A stretch of 64,000 bases of DNA from an uncultured Pelagibacteraceae bacterium. Its GTDB lineage: Bacteria > Pseudomonadota > Alphaproteobacteria > Pelagibacterales > Pelagibacteraceae. Below the pieces are notes generated by a model that was not told the origin of the DNA, made no database searches, and saw only the letters and a list, made by a program, of their open reading frames with translations. The translations under genes were made by a program, and so were the position numbers. Each line of letters starts with the position of its first letter. Position 1 is the first letter of the stretch. The DNA is taken from assembly GCA_902518155.1 (NCBI GenBank), contig CABYFA010000001.1:7942-71941 (forward strand), read 5' to 3'. Shown here piece by piece: positions 27,053 through 36,723 of this stretch.

Positions 27053-27606
27053 TAACTATTTTTCCACTTAATACTACAGCCAGCACTCGGAGTTTGATTT
27101 TCAGGTCCTTTACCAGTTTCAGCAATTTGTTTCATTGCATTAAATAAATCACTATCACCATCCCTTACAGGAATTAAATTTTTTAATTCTCTTAATCTGC
27201 CTCGATATTGAAGCTCCAAATTTTTGTTGTATCCAAAAAAATCTGGAGTACATACAGCATCATAAGTTCTGGCTATTTCTTGCGTTTCATCAACCAAATA
27301 TGGAAAACCGAATTGATTTTTTTTTGCAAATTCAATCATATTTTCAAACGAGTCTTCTGGATAATTCTCAGCATCATTGGCACAGATTGCTACAGAGTTA
27401 ATTCCTAAATCTTTCAATTTTTTGGTATCCTCAGAAATATCCTTTGTAACTGCTTTAACATAGGGACAATGGTTGCAAATAAACATTATTAAGGTTCCAC
27501 TTTCACCTTTAACGTCCTCTAAAGATAAAATTTTACTATCAGTTGATTTAAGCTTAAAGTCGTGAGCCTTTTGACCGAAATCACATATTGGAGTTTGTAT
27601 TGGCAT
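27052..27606 (-). CDS. Thioredoxin-fold redoxin (AhpC/TSA-like)
   Basis: FICNHCPYV (CxxC), FPYLVDETQEIA, AVCTPDFF, YRGR, GCSIKW. Confidence 0.9.
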   Translation of the reverse strand: MPIQTPICDFGQKAHDFKLKSTDSKILSLEDVKGESGTLIMFICNHCPYVKAVTKDISEDTKKLKDLGINSVAICANDAENYPEDSFENMIEFAKKNQFGFPYLVDETQEIARTYDAVCTPDFFGYNKNLELQYRGRLRELKNLIPVRDGDSDLFNAMKQIAETGKGPENQTPSAGCSIKWKNS

Positions 27607-27626
27607 AATGTAATAATATATAAATT

Positions 27627-28139
27627 ATGTTTTACGATTTAAAAGATAAAAAACCAAAAAACTCTGGCGAAAATTGGGTAGCACCTAATGCGGTCGTCAT
27701 AGGTGATGTTACTTTAGAAAAAAATACAAGTGTTTGGTTTAATGCAACTTTAAGAGGAGATATTGAAAATATTCATATAGGTGAGGGATCAAATGTTCAA
27801 GATGGATGTGTATTGCATACCGATCCAGGATATCCAATTAAAGTTGGTAAAGATGTAACTGTCGGACATATGGTTATGCTTCATGGGTGCACGATAGGGG
27901 ACAACAGTTTAATTGGAATAGGTGCAGTGATTCTAAATAACGCTAAGATTGGAAAAAACTGCATCATAGGTGCAAAAGCTTTAATTACTGAAAATAAAGA
28001 AATACCAGACAACTCTTTAGTAATTGGTTCACCTGGTAAGGTAGTAAGAGAAGTTACAGAGGAAGAAAAAAAAGCTGTATTTGAAAACACAAAACACTAT
28101 CAAGATAACTGGAAAAAATATTCGAAATCAATTTTTTAA
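27627..28139 (+). CDS. Gamma-carbonic anhydrase family protein (YrdA/CaiE-like)
   Basis: [25 protein letters not shown] hexapeptide-repeat motifs. Confidence 0.9.
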   Translation: MFYDLKDKKPKNSGENWVAPNAVVIGDVTLEKNTSVWFNATLRGDIENIHIGEGSNVQDGCVLHTDPGYPIKVGKDVTVGHMVMLHGCTIGDNSLIGIGAVILNNAKIGKNCIIGAKALITENKEIPDNSLVIGSPGKVVREVTEEEKKAVFENTKHYQDNWKKYSKSIF

Positions 28140-28148
28140 GGATTAATT

Positions 28149-29315
28149 ATGAAAAAGATTTTTTGGGTCGTGGTTATAGGTTTGTTATTGAGTAGTAACG
28201 TTTTTGCAGAAAGTAAAAAAGTTAAAACATGGAAAAATAGACAAATTCCTGAGGAATTAAAAAATCCAAATCTTGAGACACTGCAATACCATTTTCTTAC
28301 TTATAACATTAGAGGGTTAAGTAATCAGTTTTATACCAAACCATCTTCTCAACCAACTGCTTTAAAATTTAATCTTCAAAAAGAACCAAAGATCATAAAA
28401 AAGATTGTTAAGAAGATGCAGTCGACAGGTCTAATTAGTTATTTGATGTATGAAGATGGAGAGATTGTTATTGATCAGCTATCTCCCCCTGAAAGATTTG
28501 GAGATTTAATAGATAATGACACGATGATATACAGTATGTCTTTAGGCAAAAGTTTAGGTGGTTACCTCATGGGTCATGCGATCTGTAAAGGTTACATTAA
28601 TTCTTTATCATCATCTTTAGCTGATTGGCCAATCGTTAAAGGAACGCTGCTAGAAACAGCTACAGTGCAAGATGTTATCAATGCCAGCACAGGTGATCAA
28701 AAATATATTAAAAATAATTATTTAAGCTCAGGAAGAGATATAGGTGATTTAACTATTGCTGATATTGCAAATAATGAATTAGCAAATACTAAACCAGCAA
28801 AAAAACGTTTTAAATACTCGCAATTTTCTCCCAATGTAGCTTTGAATTATATTTCATTTAAAACTGGGCATAAATTTTCTTCATTTATTAATGATGTCCT
28901 AAAAGATCATGTTGGTCTTGCTGGAAGGTTAGAGTTTAATGGTACTGGAATTGAGTCAAAGGGTGTTATTCAATCAAATTTTAAAGCAACACGTTACGAT
29001 ACATTAAGAATTGGCATAGCCATCTTGAATGACTGGAACAGTGATACATGTATAGGAAATTATCTTAAGGACGTTTATGCAAACAGAGTTATCAAAGGAT
29101 ATATACAAGGTGATGGTTATTCAAAATCTTACGCAGGTTTTTTTCATACCAATTATCCTGGTATAAGTGATACGGTGATGGGTATGGATGGATATGGTGG
29201 AATTGCATTGCTTATCAACTTTGATGATAATCGAATTGTTTACACCCACGCAGTACATCGAAACTACAATTACAAATTATTTGTTTTGAAAGCTATAGAT
29301 AAGGGAACGTTTTAG
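28149..29315 (+). CDS. Secreted serine hydrolase, beta-lactamase/PBP-like fold
   Basis: Signal peptide; SMSLGKS (SxxK), FKYSQ, GMDGYGG motifs. Confidence 0.75.
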   Translation: MKKIFWVVVIGLLLSSNVFAESKKVKTWKNRQIPEELKNPNLETLQYHFLTYNIRGLSNQFYTKPSSQPTALKFNLQKEPKIIKKIVKKMQSTGLISYLMYEDGEIVIDQLSPPERFGDLIDNDTMIYSMSLGKSLGGYLMGHAICKGYINSLSSSLADWPIVKGTLLETATVQDVINASTGDQKYIKNNYLSSGRDIGDLTIADIANNELANTKPAKKRFKYSQFSPNVALNYISFKTGHKFSSFINDVLKDHVGLAGRLEFNGTGIESKGVIQSNFKATRYDTLRIGIAILNDWNSDTCIGNYLKDVYANRVIKGYIQGDGYSKSYAGFFHTNYPGISDTVMGMDGYGGIALLINFDDNRIVYTHAVHRNYNYKLFVLKAIDKGTF

Positions 29316-29329
29316 GGTATAAAAATTTG

Positions 29330-29929
29330 TTATGGAACTAGCCAAGCATTTTCATTAGCTTCTAAATCAAACTTTGCTCTTCGATGTCCTTTTGCTGCAA
29401 GATATAGCCACTCAATAGATTTAATCTTACATTTAATAACAGTAAAGTTTTTATAACCTTCCTCACTTTGTTCCATGGTATAATCAAAATCTTCTAATTT
29501 GGATATCATTCCAGATGTTGGATTTTCTGAAGCAGTCCCTGGAGGACTATCAGTTAAATAGCAACGTCTGCTTATATGTTGAGTTTTTTTCCATGACTCT
29601 TCTGTTGTAGAATTTTGATTATTAACTTCACATTCTACCTTTACTCTTAATTGTATCTTTTCTTCTTTATCGTAGAAAACTAGAGAGGCATTCTTATTTT
29701 TTTTAAGAATTTCTACTTTTAGTGATCTTAAATCAGTATGAAATTGTAATAGATTATTTGCTCTATCTGATTTTCTAAGAACAACAATTCTTCCATCTAC
29801 CTCATCTTGGTGTGCACAAATAAAGACAGGAATTCTAAAAGGAGATCCTCTATTAGTCACAGCATCATCGAGCATAGACCAATACTTATTTTGAATTTCC
29901 TCGAAATTTTCATAGTATGCTGGTTGCAT
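29330..29929 (-). CDS. Pyridoxamine 5'-phosphate oxidase-like FMN-binding protein
   Basis: DGRIVVLR, FHTDLRSLK, IQLRV, IEWLYL..GHRRA. Confidence 0.8.
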   Translation of the reverse strand: MQPAYYENFEEIQNKYWSMLDDAVTNRGSPFRIPVFICAHQDEVDGRIVVLRKSDRANNLLQFHTDLRSLKVEILKKNKNASLVFYDKEEKIQLRVKVECEVNNQNSTTEESWKKTQHISRRCYLTDSPPGTASENPTSGMISKLEDFDYTMEQSEEGYKNFTVIKCKIKSIEWLYLAAKGHRRAKFDLEANENAWLVP

Positions 29930-29932
29930 ACA

Positions 29933-30802
29933 TTACTTTCTAAATCTTTTTATTAAGCTTGAAGTATCCCAACGATTTCCGCCTAAACCTTGAACTTCTC
30001 CATAAAACTTATCTACAAGTTCTGTTACAGGTAATAATGAACCATTATTTTTTGCTTCATCCATTGCAATCTTTAAATCTTTTCTCATCCAGTCAACTGC
30101 AAAACCAAAATCGAACTTATCATCAATCATCGTTTTGTATCTATTTTCCATTTGCCAAGACTGAGCTGCACCTTTTGAAATAACTTCGATTACATCCTCC
30201 ATATTTAATCCAGCTTTCATTCCAAAGTTAATTCCTTCAGATAGACCTTGAACAAGTCCCGCTATACAAATTTGGTTAACCATCTTAGCTAATTGTCCGC
30301 AACCAGCTTTACCAAGCAATTTCATTTTTTTGCTGTAGCAATCAATTTTGTCTTTTGCTTTATCAAAGTCAGCTTGATCGCCACCAATCATCACTGTTAA
30401 TGCACCATTCTCTGCTCCAGCTTGTCCACCAGATACAGGAGCATCTAATGCGCCAAATCCATTTTTCTTTGCATAATCATAAATCTCTCTAGCAATTGTT
30501 GCTGAGGCTGTAGTATTATCAATATAGACTGCGCCCTTTTTAATTGTTTTGAAAGCTCCTTTGTCACCAAAAGTTACTTCTCTTAAATCATTATCATTAC
30601 CAACACAGGTAAAAATGTACTCAGCATCTTTAGCTGCATCCGCTGGAGTTTCAGCCATTTTACCTTTGTATTCTCCAATCCATTTTTCAGCTTTTGATTT
30701 TGTACGATTAAAAACAGTTACATTGTGACCACCTTTTGATATATAACCTGCCATTGGATAGCCCATTACACCAAGACCTATGAAAGCAACATTACAGCTC
30801 AT
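29933..30802 (-). CDS. Beta-hydroxyacid dehydrogenase (3-hydroxyisobutyrate/tartronate semialdehyde reductase family)
   Basis: AFIGLGVMGYPMA, LDAPVSGGQAGA, GQLAKMVNQ, MRKDL. Confidence 0.88.
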   Translation of the reverse strand: MSCNVAFIGLGVMGYPMAGYISKGGHNVTVFNRTKSKAEKWIGEYKGKMAETPADAAKDAEYIFTCVGNDNDLREVTFGDKGAFKTIKKGAVYIDNTTASATIAREIYDYAKKNGFGALDAPVSGGQAGAENGALTVMIGGDQADFDKAKDKIDCYSKKMKLLGKAGCGQLAKMVNQICIAGLVQGLSEGINFGMKAGLNMEDVIEVISKGAAQSWQMENRYKTMIDDKFDFGFAVDWMRKDLKIAMDEAKNNGSLLPVTELVDKFYGEVQGLGGNRWDTSSLIKRFRK

Positions 30803-30810
30803 AATTTATT

Positions 30811-32019
30811 ATGTTTAAAAGTTTAAGTTTAAAAGTAATTATATTTGGATTTATCTTTACATTTTTTTCTAGTTTTGGACAGAGTTTTTTTCTTGGTTTA
30901 TTTAATTCAAGTATTAGAGAAACACTTTCAATAACTCATGGACAATTTGGCTCAATTTATGCTTCGGCAACATTATTAAGTAGCTTCCTTTTAATTTGGG
31001 TTGGTAAAAAAATTGATGACATAAATATTTTTAAATTTGCTTTATATGTAACTTTAATGTTAGCTTTTTCTTGTTTTTTCTTTTCAAAAATTTCATCAAT
31101 AGTTTTTTTATTTATTGGTGTTTTTCTGATGAGGTTTTCCGGTCAAGGATTAATGTCTCATACTGCAACTACAACAATTTCAAGATTTTTTACTAAATCT
31201 AGAGGCAAAGCTCTAAGTGTTGGATGGTTTGGATTATCAACTGCAGAATTTATTTTACCAGTTTTAATTGTCTATTTACTTACTTTAACTGCTTGGCAAA
31301 ACATTTGGTTATCTATTTCTGTATTAATTCTATTTTTTTTACCATTTATTTCTTTTGCGTTAATCAAAAACCTGAATTTTGATTCTAGAGAAGATGTAAA
31401 TGATCAAAATTTTGTTGAAAAAGAAATAAAAAATTGGACACGTGTTGAGGTTTTAAAAGATTATAGATTTTATATAGTTTGTTTGAATATGTTAGCAATG
31501 CCTTGGATTGCTACTGGTGTATTTGTTTATCAGTCATATATAACAGAATCAAAAGAGTGGGGTGAATTTGTCATAGCACAATCATTTATGGCTTATTCTA
31601 TTTTGTCAGTCATTACTTTATTAGGCTCTGGTTTTTTAATCGATAAATTTACTAGTAGAAAATTATTGATTTTTATGAATATACCTTTGTTGATATCAAT
31701 GTTGGTTTTGTTTTATTTAGATATTTCTATTTCTGCTTTAATATTCCTTGGTTTAATTGGAATTTCAAATGGGCTTGCGAATGTTTTGGGGTCTTCGACT
31801 TGGGCTGAGATTTATGGCGTAAAATACATTGGATCAATTAAAGCATTAACAACAGCATTGATGGTATTTTCTACTGCCTTTGGCACAGCTTTATTTGGCT
31901 TGTTAATTGACAAAGGCTTTACTATTGAGCAAATAGCAGTGATTTCATTTGTGTATATTTTCTTATCTTTAATTGCTTTGTTAGTGGTTAGAAATAGGTT
32001 AAATCCTGAATATGTTTAA
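30811..32019 (+). CDS. MFS transporter
   Basis: About 12 hydrophobic segments; SSFGQSFF, SRGKALS, YGVKYIGSI. Confidence 0.85.
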   Translation: MFKSLSLKVIIFGFIFTFFSSFGQSFFLGLFNSSIRETLSITHGQFGSIYASATLLSSFLLIWVGKKIDDINIFKFALYVTLMLAFSCFFFSKISSIVFLFIGVFLMRFSGQGLMSHTATTTISRFFTKSRGKALSVGWFGLSTAEFILPVLIVYLLTLTAWQNIWLSISVLILFFLPFISFALIKNLNFDSREDVNDQNFVEKEIKNWTRVEVLKDYRFYIVCLNMLAMPWIATGVFVYQSYITESKEWGEFVIAQSFMAYSILSVITLLGSGFLIDKFTSRKLLIFMNIPLLISMLVLFYLDISISALIFLGLIGISNGLANVLGSSTWAEIYGVKYIGSIKALTTALMVFSTAFGTALFGLLIDKGFTIEQIAVISFVYIFLSLIALLVVRNRLNPEYV

Positions 32020-32061
32020 ATAATCCTTGCTTTTTTTAATTACAGCTTATAGATAACCGGC

Positions 32062-32589
32062 ATGGCAAGAGTTACAGTTGAAGATTGTATTGATAAAGTA
32101 GATAGTCCATATGAATTAGTTTTGGTTGCAAAAGAAAGAGCAACTCAACTCAATACTGGGATAGAACCAACTTTAGATCGTGATAACGATAAAAACACAG
32201 TTATTGCATTAAGAGAAATAGCTGAAGAAAATATCAAAGTAGATGATTTAACTGAAAGCGCTGTCTACAAATTAAGAAAACATGTAGAACAAGTTGATGA
32301 TGGTGCTGAAGCTGATGAAGATGTTGGTGATGATTTTGAAAGCTTATACAAAGGTGAGATCTCGAAAAGTGGAACACCTATTTTACCATCCAAAAGAGCA
32401 AGAAAAGCTCCTGAAAAAATTCAAGTATCTAAAGATGATTTAGCAGAATTGTCTGAAACTGCTAAGCCTGAAGTGCCAGAAGCTCCTGTATCCGAAGATG
32501 CTGATGCAGAACAGGGAGACGTCTCTTTAGATCAAGTTTCTGAAAGTGAAGATCAAGCAGCAGACGACACTGACTCTTCAAACTCTTAA
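32062..32589 (+). CDS. rpoZ: RNA polymerase omega subunit with long acidic C-terminal tail
   Basis: MARVTVEDC...[11 protein letters not shown]...[13 protein letters not shown]. Confidence 0.95.
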   Translation: MARVTVEDCIDKVDSPYELVLVAKERATQLNTGIEPTLDRDNDKNTVIALREIAEENIKVDDLTESAVYKLRKHVEQVDDGAEADEDVGDDFESLYKGEISKSGTPILPSKRARKAPEKIQVSKDDLAELSETAKPEVPEAPVSEDADAEQGDVSLDQVSESEDQAADDTDSSNS

Positions 32590-32595
32590 AATTTA

Positions 32596-33741
32596 TTAGT
32601 TACAAAATTCCTTTATAATTTTTTGTCGATGTTCATCTAAATCAGGTATGTCACCTCTTGTTTTTTCATCTTTATAAGATGACATTTTAATTGGATTACC
32701 AGCCAGTTTAAAATCACCAACAACTTTGTGAAATGCTTTAACAATCATGTTTCTAGACTCTATTTGTGGGTTTTCAACAGCCTCTTTAATATTGAAAATT
32801 GGTCCACATGGAATTTTATCTTTTTCCATTTCACTAACCCAATCACTTGTTTTTTTACTCAATAATTTTTCCTCTAAAATTTTTTTAAGCTCATCCATAT
32901 TTTTTGCTCTAGATGAATTATCTGAAAATTTTGAATCTTTACTTACCTCTGGGATTTGAAGAAGATTACAAAGTTTTTCAAAAAGTTTATCATTTCCAGC
33001 CGCAATGATTATGTAACTATCTTTTGTCTTAAAGGCTTCAAAGGGTGCGATTGATGGGTGTCTTGATCCCATTGGTTTTGGAATTTCATTTTTAGATAGA
33101 TAACGTGCTATAGCGTTTTCTAATATAGCTATTTGACAATCAAGCATAGAAACATCTATGAACATTCCTTTTCCAGTTTTTTGTCTATCATACAAAGCTG
33201 CATTAATACCTATCGCAGTAAAAAGCCCAGCTGTAATATCTCCAATTGATGTTCCAACTCTAGTAGGTTCAGAGTTTGGTTGCCCAGTAACACTCATTAA
33301 ACCACCCATACCCTGAACTACCATGTCGTAAGCAGGTAATTCTTTAAGTGGACCAGTTTGACCAAAGCCTGATGCAGAAGCATAAATTAGTTTTGGATAT
33401 TTCTTATTAACATCTTTCCAGCCAAACCCCCATTTTTCTAAAGTTCCAGGTTTAAAATTTTCAACTAAAATATCTGCTTTGGATAAAATTTTTTCAAAAA
33501 TTTTTTTATCTTCATCATTCTTTAAATTAAGCGCAATACTTTCCTTTCCTCTATTAAGAGACATGAAATAAGCAGAATAATCTTTTATGAATGGTCCAAA
33601 TTTTCTTGAGTCATCTCCAATTTCAGGTGCTTCAACTTTAATTACTCTAGCCCCTAAATCAGATAATATCATAGTGCAGTAAGGACCAACTAATACTCTT
33701 GTTAAATCAACTACCAGTAGGTTTTTTAAAGGTCCATCCAT
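32596..33741 (-). CDS. CoA-transferase family III (CaiB/BaiF)
   Basis: VVDLTRVLVGPY, VIKVE, NRGKESIALNLK, ENFKPG, GFGQTGP, GDITAG, HPSIAP. Confidence 0.92.
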   Translation of the reverse strand: MDGPLKNLLVVDLTRVLVGPYCTMILSDLGARVIKVEAPEIGDDSRKFGPFIKDYSAYFMSLNRGKESIALNLKNDEDKKIFEKILSKADILVENFKPGTLEKWGFGWKDVNKKYPKLIYASASGFGQTGPLKELPAYDMVVQGMGGLMSVTGQPNSEPTRVGTSIGDITAGLFTAIGINAALYDRQKTGKGMFIDVSMLDCQIAILENAIARYLSKNEIPKPMGSRHPSIAPFEAFKTKDSYIIIAAGNDKLFEKLCNLLQIPEVSKDSKFSDNSSRAKNMDELKKILEEKLLSKKTSDWVSEMEKDKIPCGPIFNIKEAVENPQIESRNMIVKAFHKVVGDFKLAGNPIKMSSYKDEKTRGDIPDLDEHRQKIIKEFCN

Positions 33742-33772
33742 ATTACTTCATCATACATGAGTTTTTGTCGAC

Positions 33773-33801
33773 TTGACTCTTATTAATAAGTTCACTTTAA
33801 T
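33773..33801 (+). promoter_or_regulatory. Sigma70-type promoter for the TRAP operon
   Basis: TTGACT-N17-TTTAAT, hexamers identical to the tctC promoter. Confidence 0.6.
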
Positions 33802-33836
33802 TGAATTATTATAAATAACAATAGAGGGAAAAAATA

Positions 33837-34847
33837 ATGTTAAAAAGAATATCTTTATATTTAACTTCATTAGTTTTTGTTTTTACTGCTATTGGTTCTG
33901 CTTATGCAGTTACGCTAAAAGCAAGTCACCAATGGCCTGGTACTCCAAGAGCTGATGGATCTTATGATCCACGTCATGAAATGGTTCAAATCATTGCTGA
34001 CGAGGTTAAAAAAGCAAATGTTGGAATAGATATCAGAATTTATCCAGCTAAATCATTATATAAACCAAAAGAACAGTGGAAACCTATGACAACTGGTCAG
34101 TTAGATATTTCTGCTTTTCCTTTAGCATACGCATCAAAGTTTCATCCAGAATTTGATGCAACACTAATGCCAGGAACTGTAAAAAATCATGATCACGCAT
34201 TAAGATTTAATAAAGGTCCAATGATGACTGAAATTAAAAAAATCATTAATGATGCTGGTGTTGTAGTTTTATCTGATGCTTGGTTAGGTGGTGGTTTTGC
34301 TTCAAAAACAAAATGTATTAAAAACCCTAGCGACGCAAAAGGACAAGTTATGAGAGCTGCTGGTAAAGCATTTAACCAAATGTTAGAAGCTGCAGGAGCA
34401 GGTATACAAAGTATGCCGTCATCTGAAATTTATACTGGTTTACAAACAGGTGTATTAACAGGTGCAAATACTAGTTCAGGAAGTTTTGTCAGTTACAAAA
34501 TTTATGAGCAAGTTTCATGCGCAACACCTCCAGGAAAATTTGGATTATGGTTTATGTATGAGCCAATTCTGATGTCTAAAAAGTCTTTTGATGCTTTAAA
34601 TTCTAAGCAACAAAAAGCTTTGATGAAAGCAGGAAAAGTTGCTGAAAAATACATGACAGCTCAAGTTGAAAACTTAGATAAAAAGTTTGAAGAAGCTTAT
34701 AAAGCTGCAGGTGTTAAATTAGTATACATGAACGAAAAAGATCATGCTGCGTGGGTAGAGATTGCAAAAAAATCATCTCACAAAGCATTTGCTGATAAAG
34801 TTCCAGGTGGCGATAAGCTGATGGAAATGGCTTTAGCAGTTAAATAA
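33837..34847 (+). CDS. dctP: TRAP transporter substrate-binding protein
   Basis: Signal peptide; IYPAKSL, MRAAG (conserved Arg), SEIYTGLQTGV. Confidence 0.88.
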   Translation: MLKRISLYLTSLVFVFTAIGSAYAVTLKASHQWPGTPRADGSYDPRHEMVQIIADEVKKANVGIDIRIYPAKSLYKPKEQWKPMTTGQLDISAFPLAYASKFHPEFDATLMPGTVKNHDHALRFNKGPMMTEIKKIINDAGVVVLSDAWLGGGFASKTKCIKNPSDAKGQVMRAAGKAFNQMLEAAGAGIQSMPSSEIYTGLQTGVLTGANTSSGSFVSYKIYEQVSCATPPGKFGLWFMYEPILMSKKSFDALNSKQQKALMKAGKVAEKYMTAQVENLDKKFEEAYKAAGVKLVYMNEKDHAAWVEIAKKSSHKAFADKVPGGDKLMEMALAVK

Positions 34848-34861
34848 AATAATATATAAAG

Positions 34862-34897
34862 AACCCCTATTTATTCTTATTAAATAGGGGTTTTTTT
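34862..34897 (+). terminator. Terminator-like hairpin between dctP and dctQ
   Basis: AACCCCTATTTA-ttcttat-TAAATAGGGGTT perfect 12-bp stem followed by T tract ending at the dctQ ATG. Confidence 0.8.
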
Positions 34898-35392
34898 ATG
34901 AAAGAAAAATATCTTAAATTTTGTGATTTTATAGCAAAAGCTTGTGGTGCTTTTGCAGTATTAGCTTTGCTCTTATCAATTTTAGTTATTGTAGAGCTAG
35001 TTTTTGAGAGATATTTTTTTCAAAGAGCAATTACTTGGCAAACAGAATTAGTTACCATGTTACTGGTTGCATCAACTTTTATAGGAAGTGTGTATGTACT
35101 TAGTGAAAAAGCTCACGTTAGTATGGAATGGATTTATGATTTCCTCTCCAAAAAAAATATCATCCGCTTAAAAATTTTTACCTCCTTATTGAGTTTATTA
35201 TTTTTTCTAATTTTATTTTATTTTGGATTTTTAATGGTTGAGGAAGCATTTACAAAAAATTATTCGACCGGAACAGTTTGGGATCCACCTTTATGGATAC
35301 CATATTCCTCAATGGCTTTAGGCGCGATACTAATGATTCTTCAATATATAGCTGAAATTATCAAACTCACTGACGATAAGGATTATAATTAA
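34898..35392 (+). CDS. dctQ: TRAP small permease
   Basis: Four TM segments; RYFF, WQTE, HVSMEW, PLWIPY. Confidence 0.85.
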   Translation: MKEKYLKFCDFIAKACGAFAVLALLLSILVIVELVFERYFFQRAITWQTELVTMLLVASTFIGSVYVLSEKAHVSMEWIYDFLSKKNIIRLKIFTSLLSLLFFLILFYFGFLMVEEAFTKNYSTGTVWDPPLWIPYSSMALGAILMILQYIAEIIKLTDDKDYN

Positions 35393-36723
35393 TGGACCCA
35401 TTGATAATAGCTTTAATCGTTGCAGTTTTTACTTTGCTGGTGCTTTTTTCTGGAATTCCAATTGCTTTTGGTTTGAGTTTTGTATCGATAGTTCTTTTAG
35501 TATCATTTGAAGGTTTTCAAATGCTTGATGTTTTTGCTGAAACATTCTTTGCTGGTTTAAATTCATTTGTTTTACTTTCAATACCAATGTTTATTTTAAT
35601 GGGAATGGCCGTTGCTAATTCTCCTGCGGGTAAAGATTTATACACAGGGTTAGATAGATGGCTTTGGAGAGTGCCAGGTGGACTAGTGATTTCTAATATA
35701 GGAGCGTGCTCAATTTTTGCTGCATTAAGTGGATCAAGCCCTGCAACTTGTGCAGCTATTGGAACTATGGGAATACCCGAAATGAGGAAAAGGGGCTACT
35801 CAGATCAAATAGCTACTGGAACTATAGCAGCTGGTGGAACATTAGGAGTTTTAATTCCTCCAAGTATTGTTTTAATTGTTTATGGAATTGCAACTGGAAC
35901 ATCAATCGGAAGATTATTTTTATGTGGATTAGTACCTGGCTTTATGTTGGCAGGAATGTTTGCAATTTGGGCACTTATCCATAGTTATTTTATAGATAAA
36001 GATGCTGCAAAAGCTTTAAGAAACAGGGTAAAACCAACATTAAAAGAAAAACTTGAAGTATTACCCAGAATTCTTCCATTCCTAGCAATTATTGCGGGAG
36101 TTTTATACGTTTTATACGGTGGAGTTGCAACTCCGTCTGAAGCATCTGGAGTTGGAGCGTTCCTAGTTTTTGTCTTGATAGCTGTTGTTTACAAAATTTA
36201 TCAGCCAAAAAAGATTTGGAACATTGTAAAAGTATCAATGAAAGAAAGTGTAATGATAATGTTTATTATTGCAGCTTCTTATCTTTTTGCGTTCACTCTT
36301 TCACAATTATACGTAACTCAATCTTTAGCCCAAAGTATGGTTGAGTTAAGTTCAAATAAGTGGGTTGTATTTATTTTAATTAATATATTTCTTTTGATCG
36401 CTGGTTTCTTTTTACCTCCGGTTGCTGTGATTGTTATGACTTCTGCAATTTTGTTGCCTGTAATAACAACTTTAGGATTTGATCCTTATTGGTTTGCAAT
36501 TGTATTCACGATCAATATGGAAATAGGATTGATAACACCTCCTGTAGGATTAAATCTTTATATTATAAAGGGCATTACTCCAGATGTAAGTTTATCTGAA
36601 ATTTTAAAAGGCTCTATTCCTTTCATGATAATTATGGCATTGGCTATTTTAATTCTGTGTATTTTTCCTGAAATTGTTACATGGTTACCTGATAAAATCA
36701 TGGGTAAAGCCCTTGGATACTAA
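35392..36723 (+). CDS. dctM: TRAP large permease
   Basis: LSIPMFILMG, SGSSPAT, GTLGVLIPPSI, ITPPVGLNL. Confidence 0.92.
   Translation: MDPLIIALIVAVFTLLVLFSGIPIAFGLSFVSIVLLVSFEGFQMLDVFAETFFAGLNSFVLLSIPMFILMGMAVANSPAGKDLYTGLDRWLWRVPGGLVISNIGACSIFAALSGSSPATCAAIGTMGIPEMRKRGYSDQIATGTIAAGGTLGVLIPPSIVLIVYGIATGTSIGRLFLCGLVPGFMLAGMFAIWALIHSYFIDKDAAKALRNRVKPTLKEKLEVLPRILPFLAIIAGVLYVLYGGVATPSEASGVGAFLVFVLIAVVYKIYQPKKIWNIVKVSMKESVMIMFIIAASYLFAFTLSQLYVTQSLAQSMVELSSNKWVVFILINIFLLIAGFFLPPVAVIVMTSAILLPVITTLGFDPYWFAIVFTINMEIGLITPPVGLNLYIIKGITPDVSLSEILKGSIPFMIIMALAILILCIFPEIVTWLPDKIMGKALGY

Noticed and set aside
36674-36723. 50-bp dctM/dusA overlap; likewise extended starts for bolA, nrdB and the wHTH gene
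   Set aside because: ORF-caller artefacts from choosing the most upstream start; downstream starts fit family N-termini or SD positions better
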